Positions 37,401 to 47,862 of a DNA stretch of 64,000 nt are shown here, piece after piece (the first letter of the stretch is position 1; every line of letters starts with the position of its first letter). The DNA comes from Anaeromyxobacter sp. (GTDB lineage Bacteria; Myxococcota; Myxococcia; Myxococcales; Anaeromyxobacteraceae). The notes below the pieces were generated by a model. It did no database searches and was not told where the DNA came from. It worked only from the letters and a program-made list of their open reading frames with translations. The translations under genes and the position numbers were made by a program. The stretch is taken from contig JASGJN010000017.1 of NCBI GenBank assembly GCA_049840735.1, positions 352,001 to 416,000 on the forward strand, written 5' to 3'.

Positions 37401-40400
37401 CACCGTCTCCGCCACCACGGCCGACGTGCTGGTGGCGTTCCGGGTGTCGCCGACATAGGTCGCCTTGAGGCTGGCGGTGCCCACCGTGAGGTTGGTCACG
37501 CTGAGCGTGGCCACGCCGCCGGTCAGCGTCGCCGTCCCCAGCAGCGTGCCGCCGCTGTAGAACGAGACCGTGCCGGCCGGGTTGTTTACGCCGCTCACGG
37601 TCGCGGTCAGGGTCCGGGCGGCACCGAGGCCGTCGGCGGCGCGGGTCACGGCCAGAACGGTGGTGCTGGTGGCGGGAGAGACCGTGGTCGAGGCGGCGGC
37701 CGAGATCGCGCCGGTGTTGACGCTGTCACCGGAGTAAACCGCCGTGAGGCTAGCGGTCCCGGAGGCAAGGTCATCGGTGATGAAGGTGGCCACGCCGCCC
37801 GTCACCGCCGCGCTGCCAAGCAGCGTGCTGTCGCGGAAGAAGCTGACCGTGCCGCTGGCCGTGCTGGAGCTGATGGTCGCCGTGAGGGTCACCGGCGCGC
37901 CCGCCACCACCGAGCCGGAGGAGACCGCCAGCGTGGCCGTCACCGCCGTCAGCTGGGTCACGTCGATCAGCGCCGAGGTGCTGGCCTGGTTCGACCCGTC
38001 ACCCTGGTAGACGGCCTTGACGGTCGACACGCCGGCAGGGAGACCGCTGGCCACGTAGCTGGCCACACCGTTCACCACCGCCACCGTCGCCAGCTCCACC
38101 GAGCCCCGGAAGAACTTGACCGTGCTCCCGGGGTTCGCCCCGGCCACGATGGCCGTGAGCGTCACGCTCCCGCCTGGCGCGATCCGGGCCGTCGAGACGC
38201 GCAGCTCGGTGGTGGTGTTGGGGGCCGCGTCTACCGTGGCCGCCACCACTGCCGAGGCGCTCCCGGCGTAGGCGCTGTCGCCGCCGTAGACGGCGGTGAG
38301 CTGCTGGCTGCCCACCGGCAGGCTGGTCACGGTCAGCGTGGCCACGCCGTTCACGACCTCGGCCGCGCCCACGCAGGTCTGGCCGGCGAAGAAGCTGATG
38401 GTCCCGGTCGCGCCCAGGTTCGGAAGCCCATCGGCCCCCAGCACGGTGGCCGTCAGCAGGCGGGTTGCGTACTGCCCGGTGCTGCCGGAGACCATCTCGA
38501 GCCGCGTGGACGTCGCCGTCCCGGCCAGCGTCAGCGTGACCCCGATGCCGTTGCCGAGCTTGGACGTATCGACCGGGGTGGCAAGCTTCGTGACCGAGAG
38601 CACCCGGGAGGCGCCATCGTACTGCGTCTGCGTCACGTACCCCAGGCCATCCACCTGCCAGGCCAGGCGACCGGCCGCGTCGTAGAAGCTCCAGGACTTG
38701 ACGTCCTGGGCGCCCGCCGCCACATCCGGGAGCGCCATGATGCTCTCGGGCGAGAGCCGCGCGATGGCGTCCCACGCCGTCCCGATGGCGGACGGCATGG
38801 TCGAGATCTCATACGTGCTGTCCGCGACGTTGGCGTACTGGAAGTAGCCACCGGCCGTCCGGAGCTGCTCAACCTCGCCCAGGTATTTGAGCCAGTTCGC
38901 CTTGTCCCCGAGTTTGTAGAACGCGACCGCTGCCCCGAGCGTGCCCTCCGACCACACGGTGCTTGCGGCCCCCGGATACTCGTCCTGAGCCGAGTAGGGC
39001 ATGAAGCCCTCGACCCCGTTGACGGTCGTTCCATAGACCGCGACCGCACGCTGGAGGGAGCTCCTGGCCTCGGCCATCCGGCCAGTGGCAGCGAGGAAGT
39101 AGGCCCCCCACGTCAGGCAGTCCAGCGCGCTTCCCGTGTCCACGGTGCTGGCGTCGGCGAGCCCCTGGTAGAAGTAGCCGCCCGCCACATTGAAGTGCGA
39201 CCGCATCAGGTTCTTGTCGATGCCTTCTGCCGCCCGCGCGTAGCGGTCGTCCTTGAACACCTCATAGGCCCACCGGAGCGCGAAGAACGCGTCGATGTTG
39301 TGCTCGGTGGACGCCCAGGGGAGCACGTAGCCGGCGTCCAGCTCGCCGTTCACGTACCGCCCTCGGCCGGCCGTGATGCTACCGGCCTGGATCCCGGTCG
39401 TCGCCTGCTGGGTCAGCAGGTAGTCCGCCGCCTTCTGCGCCGCGACACGCACGGCCTCAGGCGCAGCCGAGCCGCGGAGCGCCAGATACCGGGTCAGGGA
39501 ATAGAGACACCAGGCGACGGAGCCGTTCCGGACGTAGGCGTCCCCCTCCCCGGACAGCATGTTCACCGAGAACGGGAACGAGCCGTCGGCGAGCTGCGTC
39601 CCCACCAGCCCCATCACGGCACGGTCCAGCGCCGCGCCCTCCTTTGCTTCCACGAGGGCGCAGATGTAGACCGCCTGATCGTAGGTGTAGGTCCGGTTAC
39701 GGAGGCTCCCGTAGGCAGGATCCGTCGTGGCGACCTCGTAGGAGCGGATCCTCCCCGTGTTCTCGGAGTAGATGGCCTTCGTCGCGCCCGTGGACGTATC
39801 GATGAGCCGGACGAGCTTGACTCCGGCGTGCAGCGGAACCGTGAAGTCGACACGGCCATCGGCCGCGATCGCCAGCTCCTGCTGGACGTACTCGATGTCT
39901 GCCACCAGGACGTACTGGAGCTTCAGGTTCTGATAGTAGCCGCCTGAGACCTGGTACTTGGACGGGAGTCCGGAAACCTGGACGCTGGGCACCGCATTCT
40001 GGCCGTCGTTGAGGACGGTCAGGATCTCGCCTTCGTTCAGGTAGTTTTCGGAGAGCGCCGGCAGGTAGTTGGACCGCGCTGCCAGCGCCGCGAGATCGGC
40101 CTGCACCTTGGCGGCCTCGACGCCGTCGAGCGCCGGCCGTTCGGGGGCGGCGCTCGGGCGGAGGGCGTCCAGCGTGACGGCAGAAGCCGAGGCGCCTGGA
40201 TTCCCGTTGAACGCGATGGTCGGATTGCCCGACGAGTCGACCAGCCGGGCCGTGTCGACCGGGTTTGCGTACCGGATCTGCTGGGTGACCCGGTTGCTGG
40301 CGTCATGGATGTACTCGGTGAGCCCGCCGGCGGGGTCGATGTCCGCCACCTTGCGACCGGCCGCATCGTAGAGGACCCATGACCGCTGACCGGTGGGGTC

Positions 40401-42273
40401 CTGCGTCATCACCAGCCGATCGTCCCGGTCGTAGAAGTAGCGCGTGGTCCCTAGCTCGGTCCCTGCGTTGGACTGGACCACGCTCACCAGCCGGCCAGCG
40501 GCGTCATACGTGGACAGCGTGACGAGGCCATTCGCCAGGGTCGTCGTGGTGCGGTTCGCGGCGTCGTCGTAGAGCGTGGCGCTCTGGTTCGCGACCCCGA
40601 ACTCGCTCGACAGCTCCAGCTTGCCGATCAGCCGGCCGAAGCCGTCGTACCAGCAGTCCACCTCGGCCTTGGTGTCGGCCGAGACCGTCTTCACCAGCCG
40701 GCCGCGCTCGTCGTACACGAAGACCGTGGTCGCGCCCGAACCCACGCCCACGCCGGCTGCGTCCACGGCGGTGTAGCTGGTCTGCGCGCTGAGCTGGCCG
40801 CGCAGATCGAAGGCGTAGTCGGTCCGGACCGTCTGGGTCCGATCCGCTGCGGCCGTCCACGCGACCAGGTCGCTCTCGGCCGCGCTGCCGCTGTAGGTCC
40901 CCGCGCGATACTCGATGGAAGCGACGCGCTGCCCGTTCGCGTCGTAGCGCTGCTCGGTCACCCTCCCCTCCGCCGAGATGACGAAGCGGAGCTGGTTCTT
41001 CCCGAGCGCGTCGTAGACGTAGCGGGTGGTGAGCGGGTCCGTGCTGCTGGCGCCCGAGTAGATGGTCTCGGACAGCAGCTGGTTCTGGGCGTCGTAGGTG
41101 CGGACCAGGCGGTTCCCGGCGCTGTCCACCTGCTCGGTCAGGTTGCCCTTCACGAACGTGGTGGTGACCGTCCGGCCCATGCCGTCGGTGGCAGTCTGGA
41201 CGTCCTGGGTGGCGTCGTAGCTGTAGTCGACCCGCGTCTTGCCAGCGGCAGACTGGATCGACTTGAAGTTCCCGGCCGCGTCGTAGTCGCAGACCGTGAC
41301 CAGTCCCAGCGCGTCGGTGACCGCCGTCCGCTTCGCCGCCGTGTCGTAGGCGAAGGTGGTGACCTGGTCGAGCGCGTCGGTCACCTTGCTGACGCGGTAG
41401 CTGCCGTCGACCAGCGTGTACTCGAAGGAGAGCGAGGTCCCGTCGGACTGCGTGATCTTCGCGACCCGCGTGCTGGTCCCGTCGTAGGTGTAGGTCGTGG
41501 TGTAGGTGGACTGCGCCAGCCCCGCCGCCACCTGCGCGTCGTTCTTCGGGTTGAGCTTGACGCTCACCGTGCTCAGCCGGTTCTGCGCGTCGTAGGTGTA
41601 GCTGACGTCCACCACCGTCAGCGCCCCACCGATTCGACAGGACGGTGCTCACGCTGGTGAGCGTGCTTCCCGAGTAGGTGTAGGTGATGGACTCGCCGCT
41701 CGAGCTGAGGATCTCGGTGAGCAGCCCGTTCGTGTAGTTGAACGCGAGCGTGTTCCCGGCCGTGTCGACGGCCGAACGGATCCGCCCGAAGGTCCCGGCG
41801 TCGTAGTTCTCGCGCGCGCCCGTCGCGCCGTCGGTCCACGTGTAGGTGCCGTCGCCGTTGAGGACGATGACGTCCTGCGCCGAACCGTAGGTCGCCAGCG
41901 CCACGTAGCGATTGGGGTCGCCGGTGCCGACGTTGGAGTAGTCGACGAACGAGCCGTCGTAGTCGTACCGGCGCAGCGTCCCGCCGCCCAGGTCCTGGAT
42001 GGCCCGCGTCTGCGTGCCCTGCCAGTTGTCGCCGTTGCCGTCGAAGTCGTAGCCGCCCTGGCTGTTGTAGGTGCGGATGGTCGAGCCATCCGGCCCGCGG
42101 CCCGCCAGGACCGAGTCCACGTCCTGCAGCACCAGGTTGCCGGTCGCGATGTTGACGTACGCCCGCTCGCCGCTGCGGCCCTGGGTCGCCGAGCCGAGCA
42201 CCCCGCGACCGCCGAGGTTGGTGAGCGAGCTGAGGTTCAGGCCCAGCGAGTTCCCACTGAAGATCGCGACCAT
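22450..42273 (-). CDS. Giant YD/RHS-repeat polymorphic toxin-adhesin (about 6,607 aa): YD shell + glycosidase-like insert + 21 Big_3 Ig domains + LysM + hydrophobic segment + PD-(D/E)xK tip
   Basis: Three ORFs joined by single-base shifts at about 41633 and 26157; total 19,824 bp = 6,608 codons. Dozens of YDxxGR repeats; LysM 24592-24739; KPDITN...MEIKP at about 23165-23220. Confidence 0.9.
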
Positions 42274-42353
42274 GGTGTGCAGACCCCGTCGTCATGCCGC
42301 GATTTGCCCCCCGGAGCACCTGCCCCTCTGGCCGATCGCAGCTGGCGGATGGG

Positions 42354-42380
42354 TTATCCGCAGCCGCGCGCAGATGTTTA
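42354..42380 (-). promoter_or_regulatory. Sigma28 (FliA/WhiG)-type promoter of the giant toxin gene
   Basis: TAAA-N15-GCGGATAA versus consensus TAAA-N15-GCCGATAA, 80 bp upstream of the ATG. Confidence 0.7.
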
Positions 42381-42548
42381 GGGCGGCCTGGCAGAAATCT
42401 TGACGACGAGGGGAAACCCGAGGCCCGGGAGCGCTCGGCGCCGGAGAAGCGCCCGTTCGAGGCGTTCTGTCGCAGCGCGCTGCGACCGTTGCGACCCTCA
42501 CAGCGCGCGTGCCACCCTGCCCCTCCTCACCAGCGGGGGCGGCGCAGC

Positions 42549-45419
42549 ATGATCGAGCGGGTCATCCACCAGATTTGGCATCCCTTCACCTCGAAGGAGA
42601 TGCCGCGCGACTGGCAGCGCTTCTCGCGCAGCTGGAAGCGGCAACACCCTGCGTACGAGCACCGGATTCGGGGCATCGACGAGAGCCGTCGCTTCGTGGC
42701 GACGCACTTCCCGGACTTCCTGCCCACCTACGACGGCTACGACGACCCCATCAAGCGCGTGGACACGCTGCGCGTGCTGCTGCTCGCGCACTTCGGCGGC
42801 CTCTACGTCGACCTGGACGTCGAGTGCCTGCGCCCTGTGGACCCGCTGCTCGCCGGCCAGCGGCTGGTCATCCCGGCAGAGCCGCCGGTGCACGCGGAGG
42901 GCTGGCGGAAGCGCGGCTACGATCACCGCCACGTGCTCTCCACCGCCTTCATGGCCTCGCAGGCTCGCCACCCCTTCTGGCGCGCGGTGATCGAGGAGTT
43001 CAAGCGCTCCACGCACCTGCCCGGCGTGATGGACAGCACCGGCCCGTTCGTCATCACCCGCTGCTACGAGCGCGACCCGGATCGCACCGCCATCGCGCTG
43101 GCGCCGCCCGACACCATCTACCCGGTGCACGGCGGCGAGTGCCAGACCGGCGCGGCCTACGACGTCGAGTACTGGGTGAAGCAGACCGCCCACTCCTACG
43201 CGGTCCACCACTGGGCCAGCACCTGGAACCGCCCCGGCGCCAAGGACCTGCCGGCGCTCCGTCCATACCTCGAGGGCCTGCCGGTCAAGTACCGCCACCC
43301 CAGGCTGCACGCGCAGCGCCCCGGCCAGCTCCTGCAGAAGGGGCCACTGGTGAGCTGCATCATGGTGAGCCGCGGCCGGGCCATGCCAGCGCGCTGGGCC
43401 ATCCAGTGCTTCCTCAACCAGACCTACGAGGACCGCGAGCTCCTCATCGTCACCACCCACGGCGAGGGCGACCTGCCTTCGCACATCCGCGAGCTGAACG
43501 ACCCGCGCATCCGCGTGGTGGGCGTCCTGCCGCCGGGCACGCCGGTGGGCACGCAGCGCAACGTGGCGCTGGATCACGCCAAGGGCGACTTCGTCTGCAC
43601 CTGGGACGACGACGATCTCTCCGGCGCGGACCGGCTGGCGGCCGGCGTCACCGCGCTCGCAACAGGCGCGGCCGCGGCGGCCTTCCTGGAGCGGATCCAC
43701 CTCTGGTGGCCGGGCCGCAAGCACCTGGCGGTGTCTGCGCGGCGCCACTGGGAGAAGACGGTCATCGCCCGCAAGGCGGTGATGGGCCGCTTCGACGACG
43801 TGGATCAGGCCGAGGACGCTGGCCTGATGGCGCGGCTCCTGGAGGAGCACCCGATCGTCGCGGTGGACGATCCCAACCTGTACACCTACGTGGCCTGGGG
43901 CGGGAACACCTCCACGCCGGAGCAGCTGGAGCGGCTCTTCGGCCAGGCCACCTTCCACGCCCGCGGCGCCGAACACGACCTCGCCGTGTCGGTGCTGGAC
44001 AAGCACGTTCCGGCGCTCGAGTACCTGGACTGGCTGGCGCGGCGGGATCCCAAGAGCTTCGAGCCGCCGCCCGATGCGGCGCCGCCGGCCCCTGCAGGCG
44101 AGCCGAGCCGGTCCCGGCTGGTCCCGGGCCCAGCCCGCCTCGGCCAGTCCCGCCCAGCGGGCAGCCCTTCCCTGCGCATCCTCTTCGCCTGGGAGCTGGG
44201 CGGTGGCCTGGGCCACACCGTGCCGCTCTCCCAGATCGCCCGGCCGCTTCTCGAGGCCGGCCACGAAGTCCACATGGCGCTGCTGGATTTCAGCTCCACC
44301 CGCGCTGCCCTGGGCAAGCTGGCCGGCCACCCCCGGCTGCACCTCTGGCAGGCGCCGTGCTGGCCGGCCAAGCTGAGCGGCCTGCCCGATCCGGCCTGCC
44401 ACGCCGAGCTCCTGTTCCACGCCGGCTTCCTCGACGCCCGGCGCATCGCCGGGCTGGCCGACGGCTGGGACAGCCTTTTCCGGCTGCTGCAGCCGGACCT
44501 GCTGGTGGCCGACAACGCGCCCACGGCGATGCTCGCCGCGCGCGGCCACGCCTTCAAGACCGCCATGGTGGGCACCGGCTTCTTCCTGCCCATGGACGGC
44601 GCGCCCATGCCCAGCTTCCGCGAGTGGGAGCCGGTGGCCCGGGAGCGGCTGGAGCAGGCCGAGGCGCGCGCGCTGGAGACCTGCAACACGCTGCTCCGGG
44701 CGCGCAGCCTGGCGCCGTTCCGGCAGCTGAGCGAGCTCTACCAGGTGGACGAGCGGTTCCTGATCACCGTCCCCGAGCTGGACCACTTCGAGGCCCGGGG
44801 GCGCGAGCCCTCGCAGAGCTACTACGGCATCCTGCCCGCGGCGACGCAGGGCCAGGCGGCCGAGTGGCCGCGGGGCACGGCCCCGGCCGTCTTCGCCTAC
44901 CTCAAGGCGGAGTACGAGCCGGTCCGCAAGGTGATCGCCGCGTTGCAGGCCAGCCCCTTCCGCGTGCTGGCCTACGTGGCCGGCATGTCGGCGCAGGCCG
45001 CAGCCGAGCTTTGCTCGGACCGGACCCGCATCGTGACCGACCCGGTGGACATGTCCGAGGTGGCCCGGACCGCCGATGCCATCCTCTGCCAGTCCGGCTC
45101 GTCCACGGTCGCCACGGGGCTGCTCGCCGGCAAGCCGCTGGTGATGCTGCCCATGCACGTGGAGCAGGCGCTGGTGGCCCGCCGCGTCCGGTCGATGGGC
45201 GCGGGGCTCTACGTGCTGGAGGACGCCATCGACCGGGTCGGCCCGGCGCTGCAGCGCGTGGTGACCGACCCGGCCTTCGGCGAGGCGGCCCGGGCCTTTG
45301 CCCGGCGCCATGCCAGCCCGCAGGGGAACCACGTGGCAGAGGCGGTCGCGGCCCGCTGCGAGGAGCTGGCCTCCGAGACCCGTAGCTCGCGCGCCGCGCG
45401 CCCGCCCTCCGCCGCATGA
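42549..45419 (+). CDS. Tri-domain glycosyltransferase (GT32-like + GT2-like + GT-B)
   Basis: IHQIW...GGLYVDLDVECLRP; PLVSCIM...WDDDD; ILFAWELGGGLGH...GKPLVMLPMHVEQ. Confidence 0.85.
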   Translation: MIERVIHQIWHPFTSKEMPRDWQRFSRSWKRQHPAYEHRIRGIDESRRFVATHFPDFLPTYDGYDDPIKRVDTLRVLLLAHFGGLYVDLDVECLRPVDPLLAGQRLVIPAEPPVHAEGWRKRGYDHRHVLSTAFMASQARHPFWRAVIEEFKRSTHLPGVMDSTGPFVITRCYERDPDRTAIALAPPDTIYPVHGGECQTGAAYDVEYWVKQTAHSYAVHHWASTWNRPGAKDLPALRPYLEGLPVKYRHPRLHAQRPGQLLQKGPLVSCIMVSRGRAMPARWAIQCFLNQTYEDRELLIVTTHGEGDLPSHIRELNDPRIRVVGVLPPGTPVGTQRNVALDHAKGDFVCTWDDDDLSGADRLAAGVTALATGAAAAAFLERIHLWWPGRKHLAVSARRHWEKTVIARKAVMGRFDDVDQAEDAGLMARLLEEHPIVAVDDPNLYTYVAWGGNTSTPEQLERLFGQATFHARGAEHDLAVSVLDKHVPALEYLDWLARRDPKSFEPPPDAAPPAPAGEPSRSRLVPGPARLGQSRPAGSPSLRILFAWELGGGLGHTVPLSQIARPLLEAGHEVHMALLDFSSTRAALGKLAGHPRLHLWQAPCWPAKLSGLPDPACHAELLFHAGFLDARRIAGLADGWDSLFRLLQPDLLVADNAPTAMLAARGHAFKTAMVGTGFFLPMDGAPMPSFREWEPVARERLEQAEARALETCNTLLRARSLAPFRQLSELYQVDERFLITVPELDHFEARGREPSQSYYGILPAATQGQAAEWPRGTAPAVFAYLKAEYEPVRKVIAALQASPFRVLAYVAGMSAQAAAELCSDRTRIVTDPVDMSEVARTADAILCQSGSSTVATGLLAGKPLVMLPMHVEQALVARRVRSMGAGLYVLEDAIDRVGPALQRVVTDPAFGEAARAFARRHASPQGNHVAEAVAARCEELASETRSSRAARPPSAA

Positions 45420-45997
45420 CCGACGAGCGCTACCACTTCACCTCGGACTGGTTCACCCGCGTCATCCCCGCCTGGCGGGCGCTCTTCAGCCTCATGAGCT
45501 GGAGCGCCCATGAGCCGCGTCTGGCGGTGGAGATCGGCTCGCACGAGGGGCGCTCAGCGCTCTGGACGCTGGAGCATGTCCCGGGGATGCAGCACCCCGA
45601 CAGCCGCATCCACTGCATCGACATCTGGGACCAGCCGGTCGCCCTGGCAAACTTCCAGGCCAACGTGGCCCGCTTCCACCGGCCCGAGCAGATCGTCATG
45701 CACCAGGGGCCGTCGTCCGAGGCGCTGGTCCGGCTTCCGGCGGGCTGCGCTGACATGGTGTACGTGGACGGGGACCACACCGCGCCGGGCGTCCTGTCCG
45801 ATCTGGTCCTGGGGTTCCGGGTGCTCAAGCTGGGCGGGGTGATGATCTGCGACGACTACCTGTGGAGCCGCAGCACGGACATCCTGGAGTCGCCGAAGCT
45901 GGCCATCGACATGTTCACCAACATCTACCGGGCGAAGATCGCTCTGGTTTCTGACCTGCCGCTCTACCAGATCATGTTCCTCAAGATGGGTCACTAG
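45416..45997 (+). CDS. Class I SAM-dependent methyltransferase (Methyltransf_24-like)
   Basis: VEIGSHEGRS, DMVYVDGDH, GGVMICDDY. ATGA overlap with the glycosyltransferase gene. Confidence 0.85.
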   Translation: MTDERYHFTSDWFTRVIPAWRALFSLMSWSAHEPRLAVEIGSHEGRSALWTLEHVPGMQHPDSRIHCIDIWDQPVALANFQANVARFHRPEQIVMHQGPSSEALVRLPAGCADMVYVDGDHTAPGVLSDLVLGFRVLKLGGVMICDDYLWSRSTDILESPKLAIDMFTNIYRAKIALVSDLPLYQIMFLKMGH

Positions 45998-46041
45998 GAA
46001 CCCGTCGCGGCCGGCCCGGAGGCGATTCTGCGCCTGGTCGC

Positions 46042-46068
46042 TAAACTGTGGCCGCGGCCGGAGGATAA
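46042..46068 (+). promoter_or_regulatory. Second sigma28-type promoter
   Basis: TAAA-N15-GAGGATAA; shares CTAAAC...GGATAAC with the toxin promoter. Confidence 0.6.
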
Positions 46069-46201
46069 CTCTCCATCACCCCCGAACATCCCTGTCTGAT
46101 GGTCCCCGGTGCCCGGCACCGGTGGCGCGATCCTTCCATCGCCTGACCGCGCCGCCCGTGCCGAACGGGCGGATCTGGGCCAGGGCGGACTGGAGCCGGA
46201 C

Positions 46202-47242
46202 GTGCTGGAATACAAGAACGACCTCCTGGAGCACCTCCGCTGGCTGCGCGAGGCGGTCCTCGGCGCAAGCGCCGAGCTGATCGTGGCGGGCCACTCGGTC
46301 CAGGCGCTGATCCGCCGCGAGCCGGCGGTCCTGGCGCTGGAGCCGCTGTTCAAGGGCAACGTCGACGGGCAGACGCTCTTCACGCCGCAGCTCCACCCGC
46401 AGGCGGATCGGTTCATGGGCTGGCTGCCCTACCCGCCCCGCCGCTGGGACGCGGCCGCCGACCGGCTGGCCTTCAAGGCGCACGCGCAGAAGGTGGGGCT
46501 GCGCGTGCCGGGGACCTTCACCGAGGCCAAGGGAGCGCCGGCGGACGTGGTGGTGAAGCGCCCCCAGCCCTCGGCCGACCACCCGCCCCGGGGCCCCTAC
46601 CGCTCCGCCTTCGAGCAGCCGCTCTCCGAGGCCGACGGTGAGTACTACGAGCCGCTGGTGATCGGCGACCGGCTCAAGGTCTGGTTCTGGTGCGGGCAGG
46701 CGGTCTGCGCCGAGTTGGACCGGCTCCCCTCGGTCCTGGGCGACGGCGCGTCGTCGCTGCGCGACCTGGTCATCCACCGCGCCAGCTTCACCGGCCCGCG
46801 CACCGACCGCGAAGCGCAGCTGCTGCTCGCCCGGGTCGAGACCGTGCTCCAGTTCTTCCGCACCACCCCGAGCGCCGTGCTCCCCGCCGGCCAGCGGCAG
46901 ATCGTCGACCTGCACCACGGCTCCGAGCTGGCCCACCCCTCCGACCGGCAGCACATCGACTTCCTCTCCGCGCCGGACGAGGGCTGGTTCGCCGAGATCC
47001 GCAAGGCGGGCCCGCTGCTGCTCGAAGCGCTCCCGGAGGCGCAGCGCGGCGACGCGCTCTTCACCGCCGACATCGTCCTCGACGAGGAGGGCCGCCCCTG
47101 GTTCCTGGGGATGAACAGCGTCTTCGCCGTGCACCCGCTGGTCTACCGGGCCATGATCCCCGCGCTGCTGGAGCGACGGGGAGCTTCCCTGCCTGAGCCG
47201 CTGCCCGAGCAGGCGCCCGCGACCACGGCGGACGCCAGCTGA
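46202..47242 (+). CDS. ATP-grasp-like hypothetical protein
   Basis: AFKAHAQKVGLRVP, VVVKR, VLGDGASSLRDL and TADIVLDEEGRPWFLGMNS. GTG start after GGAG. Confidence 0.6.
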   Translation: MLEYKNDLLEHLRWLREAVLGASAELIVAGHSVQALIRREPAVLALEPLFKGNVDGQTLFTPQLHPQADRFMGWLPYPPRRWDAAADRLAFKAHAQKVGLRVPGTFTEAKGAPADVVVKRPQPSADHPPRGPYRSAFEQPLSEADGEYYEPLVIGDRLKVWFWCGQAVCAELDRLPSVLGDGASSLRDLVIHRASFTGPRTDREAQLLLARVETVLQFFRTTPSAVLPAGQRQIVDLHHGSELAHPSDRQHIDFLSAPDEGWFAEIRKAGPLLLEALPEAQRGDALFTADIVLDEEGRPWFLGMNSVFAVHPLVYRAMIPALLERRGASLPEPLPEQAPATTADAS

Positions 47243-47280
47243 CCATCGAGCTTCGAAGCCCCGACGCAGCAGGAGGTCAC

Positions 47281-47850
47281 GTGAACGAGACGAACACCGA
47301 CTATTTCCCCGCGCTCATGCAGCGCATCCAGGCCGGCGCGCCGGCCCAGCAGCTCCTGGCGCAGGCGGCGGACGAGTATCCCCGCGACCCGCGGCCGCTG
47401 CTGCTGCTCGCCGCCGAGTTCATGCACGAGGGGCAGGTGGACCGCGCCGAGGCGGCCTACGTCTTCGCCCTGCACCGGGCGCCGGACTTCGCCATCGCCC
47501 GCTTCCAGCTCGGACTGCTCCAGTGGACCAGCGGCCGGCCCGCCGCGGCAATCGCCACCTGGGCGCCGCTCGACGCGCTCGACCCGGCGGAGCCGCTGCG
47601 CCTCTTCAAGCAGGGGCTCACGGCGCTCGCCCAGGACCAGTTCGAGGACGCGCGCCGGTGGATCCTCGAGGGCATCGCGCACAACAGCGTGAACCTGCCG
47701 CTCAATCGCGACATGCAGATGGTGCTCGACCGCATGGCCTCCGCCGGCCTGGGCGCCGGGGCGCCTCCTGCGCAGCCCCCTGCGGCCGCGCCGCCGGCCG
47801 AGGGCGGCCAGGAGCACGTGCTCATCTCCGGCTACCGCTCCGGACGCTGA
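47281..47850 (+). CDS. TPR-repeat protein
   Basis: LLLAAEF...AEAAY..AL..AP...IARFQLGLL helical repeats; AGGAGG RBS. Confidence 0.75.
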   Translation: MNETNTDYFPALMQRIQAGAPAQQLLAQAADEYPRDPRPLLLLAAEFMHEGQVDRAEAAYVFALHRAPDFAIARFQLGLLQWTSGRPAAAIATWAPLDALDPAEPLRLFKQGLTALAQDQFEDARRWILEGIAHNSVNLPLNRDMQMVLDRMASAGLGAGAPPAQPPAAAPPAEGGQEHVLISGYRSGR

Positions 47851-47862
47851 CCCAGCAGCCCG

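Noticed and set aside
24550..39947. Long + strand ORFs (e.g. 30591-35774, 37350-39947, 28152-30155; also 1912-4314)
   Set aside because: Antisense shadows of high-GC coding sequence with no recognisable domains.
22450..42273. Three separate genes or a true pseudogene
   Set aside because: Protein pattern is continuous across single-base shifts, the paralogue is unshifted, and the shifts share an error-like GATTC signature.
42389..42404. Sigma54 promoter TGGCAGAAATCTTGAC for the glycosyltransferase
   Set aside because: Lacks the conserved -12 GC.
42498..45385. Alternative 944-aa (-) and 958-aa (+) ORFs over the glycosyltransferase
   Set aside because: Arg/Pro/Gly-rich off-frame or antisense shadows.
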